Of a DNA stretch of 64,000 bases, positions 1 through 13,641 are shown in pieces (position 1 is the stretch's first letter; each line of letters opens with the position of its first letter). The notes under the pieces were generated by a model, which was not told the DNA's origin, made no database searches, and saw only the letters and a program-made list of their open reading frames with translations. This stretch comes from Yuukianura sp. NJ FZ-2021 (Eukaryota), in contig CM102283.1 of assembly GCA_046563655.1 (NCBI GenBank), positions 992,001 to 1,056,000 on the forward strand, read 5' to 3'. Made by a program: the position numbers and the translations under genes.

Positions 1-3000
1 CCTCCAGGAAGAAATAAGTTCCTCACAAGACACATTCCAGATTCTGATCAGGCGACAACAGCGGAAGCAACTCCAAACTCCCCCGCGAGTCTCAGTCTTC
101 AACTCTAAACACTTTCACTTTAACACAAAAAGGAGTGAAAGTGTAGAAAAAACAAAAGTTAAAGATTTTTCGACATAGTCTAGTGAAAAAACAATGTTAG
201 GGTTAGGCTAACCTAACCTTAATCTTTCCTAACTTCACCTTTACCTATACTCATGAATAGCCTAACAAAGACGAGTTTTCTTTCTAGATTTATGAAAAGG
301 TAAAATTAACGCTTGAATTTTGAAAAAAAAAATCTAATCCAAGTTTAGTTTTGCTTTTTGAATGAAAGTTTTGGTTCTGTAAAACTTGAAATCAAAGTTT
401 TAGTTTTAAAAACAACTCTGAGTTGACCAGGACGGGCGAAGAATTTAAATGAGAAGCGAGGGCGGTTTTAATTCATGTTTTTGCGGGTGTCCTTCTATGG
501 TCGTTCCATTCATCTTCATTTGAACTGTCTTAAGGTTTCATTTATGAAACACAATGAGAAGTTTTAGAGTTTCTCTTGTTCTTTGGAAACTTTTCAACGA
601 CAAATTCTGTCCTGAGTTTGAACTTGTTTTAAATTTTAAAATGAGGCGGGAGTGTGGGGTGGGGGTTGGAATTGGAGAAATGAGAAAGTTTAGTGTGTGG
701 GGGGAAAAGTTGGTTAAAAGGTGACTTTCCTCCAAAGTCCAACTTAATCTCAAACAATTACTTTTCCAGCACCATCCAGCATCCAGCATTCCACAATCTT
801 CAGGCAGAATAAATTACAGTGAGACAAAGTACGGCTGGACGATTTTTCTTTTAATTCTCCCGCCTCTAAATCAACACTCTCTTCAAACTTTTCAATTCAG
901 AACAAGGCACAACTTGAGAACTTTCGTCTTATCGCTCCCAGGATTCCATCTCTTTCTTTTACTTTATTTTTTTTATATAATATTACATATTTTGGCAGTT
1001 TTTGACCTACTATAGATATTTTTTGAATTCCTATTGATTCCATCTTAGGCCAGTTTTAAATTCGCGCTTCTTCAACGATCTTTGTATATATCTAAGCATT
1101 TCATATTTTTTTTTGATCTGTTAATTTTATTTATTTTGCTCGGCGTTTTTGCTGCTACCTTTTGAATTTTCGTCCGTTTAATTCATTGGTCATTTTGTTA
1201 TTATATTTTCCCAATTTTTGCTATACTATGTTATACGATGTTATTTGGAATTGTTTGCTGCGTTTTTGTTGTTATTGAATTTCTTCGCTGTTTTAATTTT
1301 TTGCTTCTTTTGATTTTTTGTTTTTGCTGTATTAGAATTTTTTCCTGCAATGCAGATTCCGTGGCACACAGGGTTGAACCTGAGGGGTAGTTTGGTGGCG
1401 GGAAAATTCAAACATTTTTACGGTCATTTTTTACGACTGTGATATCATCGGAAAAGATCATATTTGTCATCGTTTTGCAGGAAAAGGAAAACGGGATTTT
1501 TTCTTTAAAAAAATGAGTTTATGCTTTTTCAAGAAAATACGAAGGTATTTTTTAAAGAAAATCTCGGGAGAAAGATATGAAATTTCCCCTTGGGGGCGCT
1601 GGGGTGTTGAGTTTTTGGCGGGAAATGAAGTTTGAGTTTAATTTAAATTGAAGAGAGTCATAAATTGGACTTTATCTTGAGGATATCGAAGCACCTAATG
1701 AGATTTTGTGGGATCCGGACAAAAGTGGAGGTGAATCTCCTTATCCCACTGTTAGGTTCAAAGAAGAAGAACAAGATCAAATGAACAAGATCCCAATTGA
1801 GTCTTGTGGGCTCAAACACTTTGGAGAAAGGAGGGAGATTACCTCATTTTCCATTTTGAATTTCCCACAAAAATTTATGTTTCCACACCGTAGCTCAGCT
1901 GTAACTTATCTTACAGCCTTAATTAAGTTTCCCATATTTCCTACTGCGGGTTCATGAAAATAACAAATTTAAAATTTTCAAAATCCTCCAAATTTTTTGG
2001 AATTTCGACGTTCAACGTTACTCAAATGTGTGTGGTGAATTCAAATTTAACTTGCATATGTTATGGTGAAAGGAGAAGATGAATTTTCAATTGGCACTTT
2101 GCTCTATTTACCGCCTCATAAATTCCAAATGCCCTCAGGGGAAATCACTTCACCCCCAAATCCGAATATCAATTTTTTTTAAATTTAAACCTAAGTGCAT
2201 TTTAATTTTTAAATAATTTTCTTTTTACAAAAAAAAGAGTTTTTTTAAATAAAAGTGTTAGATGCTCGTAAAAATTTAGAAAAAAAAAAACAACTTTATC
2301 CTACATTCTTAGCAAAGGACGCTTCGAACTGACAGAAAAAATTTCAAAAAGTTTTTTTGTGTGCTAGATTATGAAACTCCGGGGTACCGTCAGGGTCAGA
2401 AGACAAAGTTCGACAGGAGTAAGATTCATGGCGGCATGTTTTGAATTTTGGCAAATGTCGTTGAGTTGTACGTGTGTGTCGGAAGTCATTGGAGCATGAA
2501 ACAAAGCCCTCTCTTCCATTTTCCAAACACAGATTTCAAAAAAATCACAACTTCATTTTTAAAAGCAAAACCAATATTTTCTTCAACATAAGAAAAATTA
2601 TAAACGAGAAAAAGAAAGGAAATTAAAACAAATTCTGTAAACCCCAGGAACACATTTTAACAACTTTTTTTCTCAAGAAACAAAGTTCAAGACAATTTTA
2701 TGAACCTGTTTTTTTTTTTCAAAAAGTAGCAATTTTAGTGATTTGTGACTTACCGATTCGAATGACTGCAGGAAGTGGGAGAACGGTTATGGGAATGAAA
2801 ATGGCCGAGAGAAAGTAGAGGCGAAACTGAAGAAAGTTGTGCATTCTCTCATACACATTCCAGTGGCAGTGACCACAAGCCCACTCAATTAGGTTATGGT
2901 TAGGTCAGTTCCGCATTAGGTTAGTTTTAGGTTAGCCATTTGGTTAGTTAGGTTATGTTTTAGTGGCAGTGGTAGAAATTGACTTCTCTTGCAACACTAA

Positions 3001-4412
3001 ACCACCCTCACTTCCTGCTGGCACTCTGCCTAAAGGACTGCTTCAAGACTAACAACCTCCTTTGCCTGCTTTCCTCTGACGACTCAAGCTTTCTCCGCTG
3101 CCTCACTTTCTTTTTGTGTCTTCACTCTGTGCAAAGTTTGTGCCTGAATGTGGGGTTGGTTAGCAACTGCTTAAAAATGTTCATTAAAACGTAAACACAA
3201 AATGAAAATTCACAAAATCGGAAAAATATTTGAAGCAAAATGTCGACTAAATATTCATGTTTTTTTATTATTACTGAAAATGAAAATCTCCTTCAAATCA
3301 AACCAAATCTGCAAATCATTTAAAAAGTGATTTTGCTAAAACTGAATTCCAATGGAATAAGTCTCCCTGCCTGAAATTTTAATATTTTGGCTTCAAATTA
3401 TTTTCTTTTGCATTCGAAATTTTTCTTTTTTGGTGAGAACTAAAACTTTCAAAACTTCCTAGAAATCTTGAAAAACGAATCTGAGAACACTTATATTCGT
3501 TCTGAAAATTCCGGGAAATATGACTGATGTGCTGCTGATTTATGAGCGTAACTGGATCTTTGTTTGGTTAGATTCGTTGGCTTACTTTAGGTTGTGATAG
3601 GTTAACCTAACTAACCTAATGTTTGCTTGATGTTTAGTCTAACATCTTCTCACATAACATAAGGTTTCTGTTTCAAAAAGTTAGATTTTCTACTGAAAAG
3701 TTTCAGAGGAAGTTTCCGACATTCCGTGTGCCATAAATCCTTGGCTTTTAGCCACCGGAAACTCCCGGCCAGAACATGCCGTTCAAGACAGTTGAGGAAT
3801 TTGACATGAGCTTCACGCGAGGAATTACGACTTGTGCCTGTGGTCACTTTCAAATGAGGAGGAGTGGAAAAGTGTGGGAAATTTTGAATTCAGGAGACGA
3901 AGGTTGTTTAATTTCCAGGAGACATGGGGAATGCGTGTGATGTCACCTGAACTTACAGTTGGGCATCTCTCGATTTATGTCTCAAGTAGACATGGGCAAA
4001 TCCCCAAGAGACTCCTCATTGTCATACAGATACACACGAGATACAGATCCAGAGGGAGACTATGAAAGTCACTAGTCAAAGGCAACATGAAGTAATGTGA
4101 CATCCAAAAATAACTCCAATCTCCAACCTGAATTCACAATTTTGAGATTTTCGAAAATGAATCATTCAAAATTTTTGATTTTGAAAGCAGATGTACTCCG
4201 GGTCTGAAATAACTTCTTTTCTCAGGCGAAATAGAAAGTCAAACTTTTTTAAAAATAATTTCCATGCAACATTATATTCCGGGAAAACTTTTGGCGAAAT
4301 CTAGTTTCTAGAAATGAATAAAAATAAATAATATTCGTAGGTTGCAGTATTTATTTTATTTGTGTTAAAGTAAACCACGCAAAGCTTTTAGAATTCCGAA
4401 TTTGGTCCAGTT

Positions 4413-6828
4413 TTACTCCTCTTCCTCCTCCTCCTCTTCTTCTTCCTCTTCCTCTTCCTCCTCCTCCGCCTCTGGTTCAGGCTCCTCTGCCTCTGCTTCG
4501 AAGTTTGGTTCGTCCAGGACGTCAGGAATACCAGAGTCCTGCAATTTCAAAAAAATTCAAAATTTTGATTTTCTAAAAAAAATTCAAAATTTTGATTTTT
4601 TTTTAAAAAAAAATATATATTTTGGAAATTGCCGAATTTACCTTCACTTCCTCCTCCTCTGGAGTCTCGGGTTCACCCTTCTTCTTTCCAGGACGCTCAC
4701 CAAACCATTTGGAGAGTTTGGCTGAATAAAAAGGTCACACAGTTTCAAAATTTTATGAAATTTTATAAAAATGACCGAAAACTAAAATTTTCGAACGTGT
4801 TTTGATATTAGAACTTTACTTTTCTGGCGGTTGTCAAATGCCTTAATGGTTTCAGACCAGGTTTTCTCTGTGTACTCCTTGTTCAGAGCATCAAATCCCT
4901 AGTCAAAATTGAAAATTATAAATGAATCAAAAAAAGCTTTGAAGAAAGTTTTTCTTAAATTTTCAAATTTTAGAAATTTACGCCCTCGAACAACGTCTTC
5001 TTGTCTCCGTAAGTTCGGGTGTCAACTCTGCGTTCGTATTTTGAAGCGACTTGCATTTTGGGCTAAAAATAATTTTTTTTAAATATAAAAACTTTAGAAA
5101 ATCTGCGTGCCAAAAAATTTTTTTGATCGCAATATTTCGTTTGTCTTACTGGATATTTTCCGGTGAGAGCCCTGCGTTAAAACAACAAACATTGGGGCTT
5201 AATTTTTCAAAAATTTGAAAAAATTTGCGTAAGTAACTAAATCTTCCATTTTTTTTTTAAATTTTGACTCACTCTGGATCCAATCCTCGCTTCTTTGCTT
5301 TGGACCTCAACTGCATTTTTTGTCGTTCCTTCAACTCAATCAACTGCAACAAAAGTTACATTATTCGAAAAAAATCATAACAAAAGTGTTATTAAATAAT
5401 AATTAATATAATAGAAAATGACTCACGTCGTAGTCCTGTCGTTTCTGTCGCTCTTCCAGATCATACTTTTCCGTTTCCAGTCGTACGATCATTTCCCAGA
5501 GTTCGTGTGCCTTGCGCTTGAGCACTTCCACCGACAAACCAGTGACATCTAGCGGCTTGATTCTCACACTCAGCGAAATTCGCTTCTCCTCTTCCAGCTG
5601 CTCCTTGGTCTTGTTGAACTCTTGGCGGTTCGACCCCATGCCCGCGGCCTATTCCCATGTAAAAATTTCGTTTTTCAAAATTTCAATTTTATGAAAATTC
5701 AATTTCTTGTACCTGTCCGCCCTCCCCACTGTGCGATTGAAGCTTGAGCTTCCCAGCCAGCGTAGCCTTCTGCGCTTGGAGCATGAGCTGACGACGGCGT
5801 TCAGCTTCCTCGAGTCTGCGCATCTTCTCTTCCTGCTCCTTCTGCTTCTTCTCTTCAACTTCGCGCTGACGACGCTCTTCTTCTTTACGCTTCTTCTCCG
5901 CCAATCGACGCTCTTCCTCCTCGCGAAGTGTCTGTGTTAAAAAGGTAATACACATTAGGTTAATTCAGACTAACTCACTTTTGTCAACTTTTAACTTAAC
6001 ACTCTTAGTGAAAAAACTAGCCATCAATTTTTTTCTTGTTTTGCAAAGAAATTGCTTAAGTCACCTTTCGCTTTCCTTGCTTCTCCTTGAGTTTCTTGAG
6101 TTCCTCCTCTTCCTTGGCTCGCTGACGACGCCATTCTACAATGTACTCCTACCAAAAGATAAACATTGTTAAATTTTTCCGCTCTATTTTTCAGTTTTGA
6201 AATTGCGATAGTTTGGTTTTAGTAAATAAAACTTTTCATGTTAACATCAATCAACAAAAGTACCTTGAGTTGTTCGTCCAAGTCAGTACGCTTCTCAGCT
6301 TGTCTCTATTTAGCACATGAGTAAGCAGTATTTAAAAACTTTTCACTAAATTTAAAAAAAAATGTAATTTCGAAATTTGACTTTAAAAAAACTCACCTGG
6401 AGAAACTCAACTTCTCCTCCTTTGGGCGCTTCCCTTTGAATGTGAAGGAGAAGATTGATTAAGTTTAAAAGTTAATTTAAAGTAAACCAAAAACTAAAAC
6501 AATAACGTAAACCTTTTTTAAAATTTTGGTTTTAAAAAATGTAGGAAGTAGAATGAAATCTGAGAAGGGAGAAAACGTTGTGGCTGGTTAGCCGTGGACT
6601 TACTTCCTGCAAAGGAAACAGAACAGATCAGGTTGGATTTTTGCCAAAATCTATTTTTAGAAACAAATTCCACTGTTTCAGCATGCACTTACACTTCCTC
6701 GACCTCCTCCACTTCTTCTTCCCTACAAACACAATTTTTTTGAAAAAAGTTAAGGCTCAATCCAATTTAAAAATTTCGAAATTTCAGAAAAGTGGATAAT
6801 CTTACGAATAGACTTCGTCGTCTGACAT
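4413..6828 (-). CDS. TnT: Troponin T, multi-exon, with C-terminal poly-Glu tail
   Basis: ATG at 6828 (MSDDEVYS). Exons encode KTKEQLEEEKRISLSVRIKPL...KAHELW...LETEKYDLEERQKRQDYD and ALTGKYP/KMQVASKYERRVDTRTYGDKK, typical of arthropod TnT. Poly-E tail ends at TAA 4413-4415. Confidence 0.96.
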
Positions 6829-7358
6829 GATTGGTGTTGTCTAAAAAGTTTTTACAAACGAAATTATATAAGATCAAAATAACAAAATTTCCAGCTTTAG
6901 TTTTAGAATTCCTTTAAAAATTTTTAAAACAAACTTATTTTCAATTTAGTTTTACTTTTTAATTCAAAATAAGAAGGAAAAAGTCGCTGATTCCTTGCAC
7001 GCTGGAATGGAAGCTCCTTTGGGCACAGTGCGAAGAAGACTGAAATTTTTTAAACTCGTCTTTCCGAATTTTCTTATTCCAAAAAAATCTTGAAAATCTT
7101 GGTTCCCCTCCTCCACCTTCACTTTGGACAAAAATCAGATTTTTGTATCTAAAAATAAGCTTCATCTGTAACCAAATCCCTCCTCAAAATTGGCAAAGTT
7201 GCAACTTTGGGAGCAATCGACACTTTCGAGAGCATCACTTCCTCTGCACGTCTTTTTAAATCCAGATTGAACCGGTTCTTAACTATATTTATCTAATTGC
7301 TTTTATTTGATTTTAATCACATTTAATGAATTTAACGAAAGTTGAGTTTAGGTTAAAC

Positions 7359-8090
7359 TTAGGCTATGACACAGCTAGATTTAAGTTTTTCCGCTGCTTT
7401 TGCTTTTTCTTCTTCAGCTTTTGCCCGAGCTTCCTCTTCAGCCGCTTGTTTTGCAGCGTCTGCAGCGGCATCTGCAACTGCCGCTGCTACTGTAGCGATT
7501 GCCGCTGTTCCCGCGACTCCCCCAGCTGCCGCGCCCAATAGCAGCGCTGCTTTTTCAACCTGAGATTTTCGAAAAGATTTTAAATAAGAAATTGAGAACT
7601 TCAAAATGAAAAGTGGGTGCAACAGTTTAAAAATTGTACAAACCTGTTCGCTTTTTGAAACTCCATATTTCCATTTCATACACAAATGCTCGCAGTTGTT
7701 TGAAAGTAAGTTGTACTCCAATTGTTGCGCAGGATAGATCCACTTCCGAGCCTCTTCAATGATAAGCTCTGCTGACCTCGTGGGGTCAAATCCTTCTAGC
7801 GACTTCAACTCGTCAATTCTCGCAGTCTTATTGTTAATACGACATTTGCCGCCTTGGGCGACATCGACAAGCAGCTCTTCTTCGACCTTGCCTACTCCAT
7901 CACCCAGATTCATTAAGTGAATGACACTGTCGAACCCTACGTACATTCCCCAGTGAATGCACGTTTCACGCTTGAACTCTATGAGGTCAGTGACCTCTGC
8001 CAAGGTCAACACTTCCTCCGCAGTGGTGTAAGGGCCTACTCCTTTGTCGTGCGTACTACATTGAATCATCCTGCGAAGTAACTTCGACAT
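7359..8090 (-). CDS. LRAT/PLAAT (HRASLS-like) NlpC/P60 phospholipase-acyltransferase
   Basis: HWGMYVG, VIHL and YNLLSNNCEH catalytic motifs. One in-frame intron at about 7560-7643. Ala-rich helix, then C-terminal CVIA*. Confidence 0.85.
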   Translation of the reverse strand: MSKLLRRMIQCSTHDKGVGPYTTAEEVLTLAEVTDLIEFKRETCIHWGMYVGFDSVIHLMNLGDGVGKVEEELLVDVAQGGKCRINNKTARIDELKSLEGFDPTRSAELIIEEARKWIYPAQQLEYNLLSNNCEHLCMKWKYGVSKSEQVCTIFKLLHPLFILKFSISYLKSFRKSQVEKAALLLGAAAGGVAGTAAIATVAAAVADAAADAAKQAAEEEARAKAEEEKAKAAEKLKSSCVIA

Positions 8091-10439
8091 TTCAAAAAAA
8101 AAATGGTCTAAAAACTTTTTTTTTAACTTTTTAATATGCTTGAAAGCTAATTTAAAAAAAAATTCGTTGCGTAGAAGCGTTCTTTTTTGAAAGTTTTTTT
8201 CGGCAACGGTAGTTTTGTACTAGTGCGGCTACTAGTTTGTTCGTCGGCTACTTCTTATTAAAGTAAAATCAGCGGAAATGGAATTTGTCGGTAAAATTTG
8301 GAAATTGTTTGCCGGAAGAAGATCACTCAATAGTCATTACACATACACTGCCAATACATTTGAGCTTTTTAGATTAAAAATGTAAAAAAAGCGTTGATTG
8401 GGACACCTCCCGTTTAATTGAAAACCGACTGATTACGTTGTTGATTTACGTCAAACTTTGAGATTATGCTAATTAAAATGAAAAAAGAATGATTCAAAAC
8501 TTGTCGTTTGACACCTTCCGCTCAAAACAAAAAGAAGCATGTATACTTTTTTTTGAGAATTTCCATAATTGGAGACAATTTTGTTTTGTTGACTTTTTTT
8601 GACTTTTGTTGTTGACTGCTTTCGTAGTTTTAGTTCGTTTTTGTTGAGTCACAATTTTTTGTGTTTCAAGTAGAAAGTTTTCCAAATGTGTGACAATTTT
8701 GAGACAAATTTTGAAGTGGAAATTGAGTTGAAGAGCATGCAGCCAAAGTGTCTGTCAGTTGGCAAAGTCATTTCAGACGCTTTGACTCCATGCTCTCGTT
8801 TCATCTCTGGTATTGCGTGTATGTCTGTCCACTTTCTTTTGCAAGATCCTCTGCCAATTTGTTCTTATAAAGACGCTACCTCACTTCACCACCTGAGTCT
8901 CACATTCTATTTTGCACACAACCAAAACACAACTAACTTTTAAAAAAGTTCTCAATTTATTTTCAAATTACAAACAAGTAGAATTAAGAAAAATAAAAAG
9001 AAATCCTTATTACAAATTAAGAAAAGTGCCAAGTTTTCTACCAAAGTTGTTTTTTTTAATGCCGGATTTTGAAGTTGCTGTTTGGTCAGCAAACTTCGAG
9101 TGGCATTCTCAAAATTTTGAAAGTAATTTTTGAAATCCCGGTTTTCAAAATTTCGGAAACCTCTTAAAACCGGCTATGGCTGTTGTTCCATCTCCGCTTG
9201 ATCCTCACATGATAGTTCCGGTACGTACAGTTCCTTTTTACTTTGAATTTTTTAATGCTTATTAGAATGTTATTTTTAAATTTTAATTCCAATTTATACC
9301 TGCAAAGAATCAAAGAATTAAAAGAAGCAAAGCTGAAATTCATTTCAGTACATGCGTTTATTTTTCGAAAAGTTTGTTTAAACAATTTTATTTGGTAGAT
9401 TTTCAGCATTGTACTCCTTGGTCTTATTCACTGCGGCGATCCATGTCACAAAAAAGTTGGTAAGGCACTTGCACAACCTAATTGATTTCTATCTTAACCT
9501 AGTCTTCTTTTTCGGTCGTGCTCAAGTTGTTTTCTGCTCTAAATTGTTCTAATGCACTTTTAAAGTCAGAATTCCTCTAAAAACAAAAATTTAAAACAAT
9601 TTGTATTAAGCGTCAGGAAAACAGTACACCCAAAAATCGTCAATTTGTTTAATTTCACATCTGTGAAGAGAAAATGAGTGAAATAACGTGATTTGCAAGA
9701 ATTCCATCATAATAACAAAGTCATGAGTTAACTAACGTTTTAAATTTCAAGTTAGCTTTTCCCGCATGTTTCTACTCGTCACTATGAACAAGAAATATGC
9801 GTGTATACTCTTTTCATTGGTGCTCAGTTGAAACAAATCTTTAAAAAAGTACTAGCGTTGCTACAGATTAAGTGCGTGTTTAATTGTAAACGATGGAGGG
9901 TGAGTTATGGTTCAATTAGAAATTGCTACTCACGGTTTAAGTTTTTACAAATTGAGGTTCCCAGTGGTTGCTCAAGCGTGAGCTGCTTATCTTTGGTTAA
10001 GGAAAGCGTGTGGAATTGATGAGAAGAAGCCTTTTTCAAAAGTCACTTTGTCAAACAACTTTAAATTATAAACTTTTCAAAAATTGAAAGAAACAACATG
10101 CAACTTTTGTCAGAATTTGGAGCACGGGAACCATACCATTTGGCACCAAATTCTGTCTGCCATTCTGTTCTTTCCGCCTTTTGACTTTTTCTGATTCTTT
10201 TTGGTAAACAAATGAGAAGTTTACGCTCTAATTGACTCTCCGTTTCTTCCAGAAGTTCACCACGTCTACGTTCCGTCCAAAGGTAAAACACTATGTTAAT
10301 TTGAAATTAATTAGATTCATATAATTAATAGTTGTGTATAAATAACGGTAAAAAGTTAATTATTAAGTTTTAAGTAAGGTTTTGAGAATTTAAGTTAGTA
10401 GAATTCTGATTTCCAAAAACTTGAGAAAAACTTGTGTAA

Positions 10440-11573
10440 ATGATGTCAGGATATGGCGGGTATGGGGCACAGGACTATGGACACAGTCCTGGATATGGAC
10501 ATGGTGGCTACGGTCATGGACATGGACATGGACATGGACATGGTGGCTACGGTCACGGTGGTGGTGGCTACGGCCATGGCGGAGGTGGCTACGGTGGAGG
10601 TCACAAGAAGGGCCACAAAAGCTTACTATCCAAACTGAAATATAAGCACAAAGGGAAAAAAGGCGGAAGGGGTACAATTTTCACTCATAAACGCGTCAAA
10701 AACTGCGTCAAGCAAAAAATTCACGTTGCACGCCAAACATCACCCAAAATGTTTTCTATCTAGCTGTTCTCCTTTTCCAAAATTTAATGATTGATTATTT
10801 TTTGGACACTCTGTTTAGGACATGTAAGCTATCCGCAGTACCATCACAAATATGTTCACAGTCACTACCATGGCGGCGGTCACGGACACGGGGGTGGATA
10901 CGGGCATGGAGGAGGTCATGGACACGGCGGCGGATATGGCCATGGGGGAGGTCATGGACATGGGCATGGAGGTGGCCACGGACACGGAGGCGGACATGGG
11001 CACGGCGGAGGTCTTGGTCATGGCCACGGCGGAGGTCATGGACATGGCCACGGCGGAGGTCATGGACATGGCCACGGTCACGGACATTCTAGTGGATACA
11101 GTCATACAGAACCAGGTCACGGGCATGGTTTGTCACAACAAAAACTTCAAAATTATTCCCCTTTTCAGTTTTTTTTTTGAATTTCGACTGTATAAAATGT
11201 ATTTCCTTTAGCTCACGGAGGTCACGGGGGTCACAGCGGGAAAGGTGAAACTTGAATTACAAAATTGGATGATCTTTCTTAAAAACTATCTGTTTTTGTA
11301 GCCTACGGATACAGCGAACCTTACCCAAATACGGAGTACACCAACAAGATCGAAGTCGTAGAGGAGCCACCCGTACCACTGCCGGAGTCGTCAGATGGCG
11401 CTACGGTTCCGAAGTTTCCGAAAAAGCGGCGCGTAAAACCAAAACTGGAATTTGAAGTGTCACAAAACCATTCTTTTCCAGAACTTTTGCAACAATCGTT
11501 TAAACAAGCAAACTCTGATTTTAGCAGGGACGAAAATCTTCCACCACAAAGAAACAGCAGCTACGATTATTAA
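10440..11573 (+). CDS. Glycine/histidine-rich low-complexity protein, about 4 exons
   Basis: GGHGHG/GGYGHG repeats in exons at about 10440-10670 and 10819-11127, short exon at about 11211-11244, last exon 11302-11573 ending SSYDY*. Confidence 0.75.
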
Positions 11574-11714
11574 GTCCATCACGAGGGTCGATGGCATTAT
11601 TTTATTTTTCTAAGCATTTTGGAAAACTTTATGAAACGAGTAAAAGAAGAATTTCTAAACCACATTTTTTTTTCATGGTGGGAAAAATCTGCTTTGGTTT
11701 TCGATTTTGAAAAC

Positions 11715-12957
11715 TTAATTTTTCTTGGCTTTTGAAGGCGGTGGTCGAGTCATCGGCCCGTCTTCTTCTTCCGAAGAGTCTTCTTTGTTACGAATCTCCA
11801 AGTTGTGAGCATCGTAGCCGCATGCCTACAGTTTAGAAAAAAAGTTTCAAAATTTTGAAAGTTCAGTATTAAAGTTAAAACGAAATCAACTCAAATGACT
11901 TACGTCAAGAACTTCTTCGAATGCACACAGGAAGAATGGTGCTGCAGAAGTACAATTTCCTGGTTTCAAGGCAATGGCATTTTCTAAAATTTTGAGAGAA
12001 GAGCTTTAAGAGAATGAAATTTTCAAACATTCATTAGTTTTTAGAAATCTGAAAAGTAATATGAGAGGTCACCGTGCTCATCAGCACAAGAGTAGACGAG
12101 GTCAAGGATTTCTTGTGTTTTAGACGAGGGAACTGGTGTTGCCACTTCCAAAAAGCTGCGAACTTTTGCTCTGTCAACTTTTCCATTTTCTTTCATCTAA
12201 AAATGTCAACATGAATTACAAGACCAAAATGAAATTACTTTCAAAATTGTCAACTTCTTCGAAAAAAAAAATATTTTGAACAAAATATGAAATCTTATTG
12301 CTCACCATTCCTAGCCCTTGTGCCATGCATACAAACGGACACTTTAGATTAAAAAACATTTTCAATAAATAATTTTTGTGAAAACTTATTTTGAATTTGT
12401 AGTCTTTCAAATTCAGTTTAACAATTTTTTTTACTAACCAGTTTCTGTTCTTTGGGAACTTCATTCCTTGTTGTATTGTTCACAACGTACGTCTTTCGGT
12501 AGCAACTTTTCAAAATTCGAAGAGTGTTAGGGGTCATGACCATTTGATTCTCACCACATTTAAGATACTTCTGCTGTCCATCGAGGAAGTATTTGCGCAT
12601 GGAATTGTCAGAAGTATTTCCTCTACCTGCGCTGTTCGACTCGTTGCTATGCAACCATTTCCACGTAACCGCAGTAACCTTGGTGCCATTAGCAGCAACG
12701 GAGCTCACTCTTGAGCCTGAGCCACTTACGTCATACGTTTTTGAAGTATGCGATTGTGACTCAACCGCTTTCGAAGAACACGAACTATTATTGGCCGGAA
12801 GAGCCTGTGAATCAAAATTCAATTTCAAAAAAAAAGTTCAGCAATTTCAGTCAAATATTTTAAAATTTACTTAAAAAATTTGTTTTAAAATTATTTTTTA
12901 ACTTACATTCGCAGAAATGGAAGCAAGGAAGAGAATAACAATTGATGCGGTTCCCAT
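11715..12957 (-). CDS. Secreted protein, possibly a divergent C-type lectin-like protein
   Basis: Signal peptide MGTASIVILFLASISA, GT-AG exons, motif GNCTSAAPFFLCAFEE resembling the end of a CTL domain, stop at 11715. Confidence 0.5.
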
Positions 12958-13641
12958 CTCCGTTTTCAGCAAAATCTACAAGCTGAAGGTATGAGTTGGT
13001 TGCATCACATTCGGCGCGACTTTTTAAACCTGTTTGAACAATGGCATTGTTGGTATACGAAAAGTGAAAATTTCATGTAATTTGACATTTGACCTTACAA
13101 TTTAGGGCAAAGTATCTAACAAAGTAATTGGAGTTTTTTATTTTCCGTTTATTTGTATGTAAACATCACTCATCATAAATTACAGCCAAACACTATGATT
13201 TGTCATTTCCGTCAAAAATTGAATCGAATCGCAAAAACTTCGTTTTGTAACATGCTAGACTCATTCTTACAAAAATAAAAAACAGATACTTGATTGAGGT
13301 CGCTCGGTTTCACAATTTCTTTGAAATCCGAAATCCAAAATTATGTCTTGCGTGACATAGGCAGTTAATTTTTTTTTAACTTCTATGAACAACAATTTGC
13401 CCTATTATTCTATTTACCTTGCAATTTGCCATGTTTAGAAAAAATCCAATAAGATAATTCAAATAAGTAAGAATAAAATTTCTCCGGAGCTTTACAACAC
13501 ACGTTTAGTCATCAATCAATGTCATACTTACATCAATGTGATCACATCAATTGGTCGTGTGTGATGATTACAATTTATTTCGTTACAAAAAACGCTTCGT
13601 GGTTGGCCAAATACGATTGGGTGCCTATTTTTAAAACAATT

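Noticed and set aside
4402-4725. Poly-Ser ORF on the + strand
   Set aside because: Antisense shadow of the TnT poly-Glu tail.
9164-10291. Possible small minus-strand gene
   Set aside because: Exon-like pieces exist, but I could not assemble a consistent or recognisable CDS.
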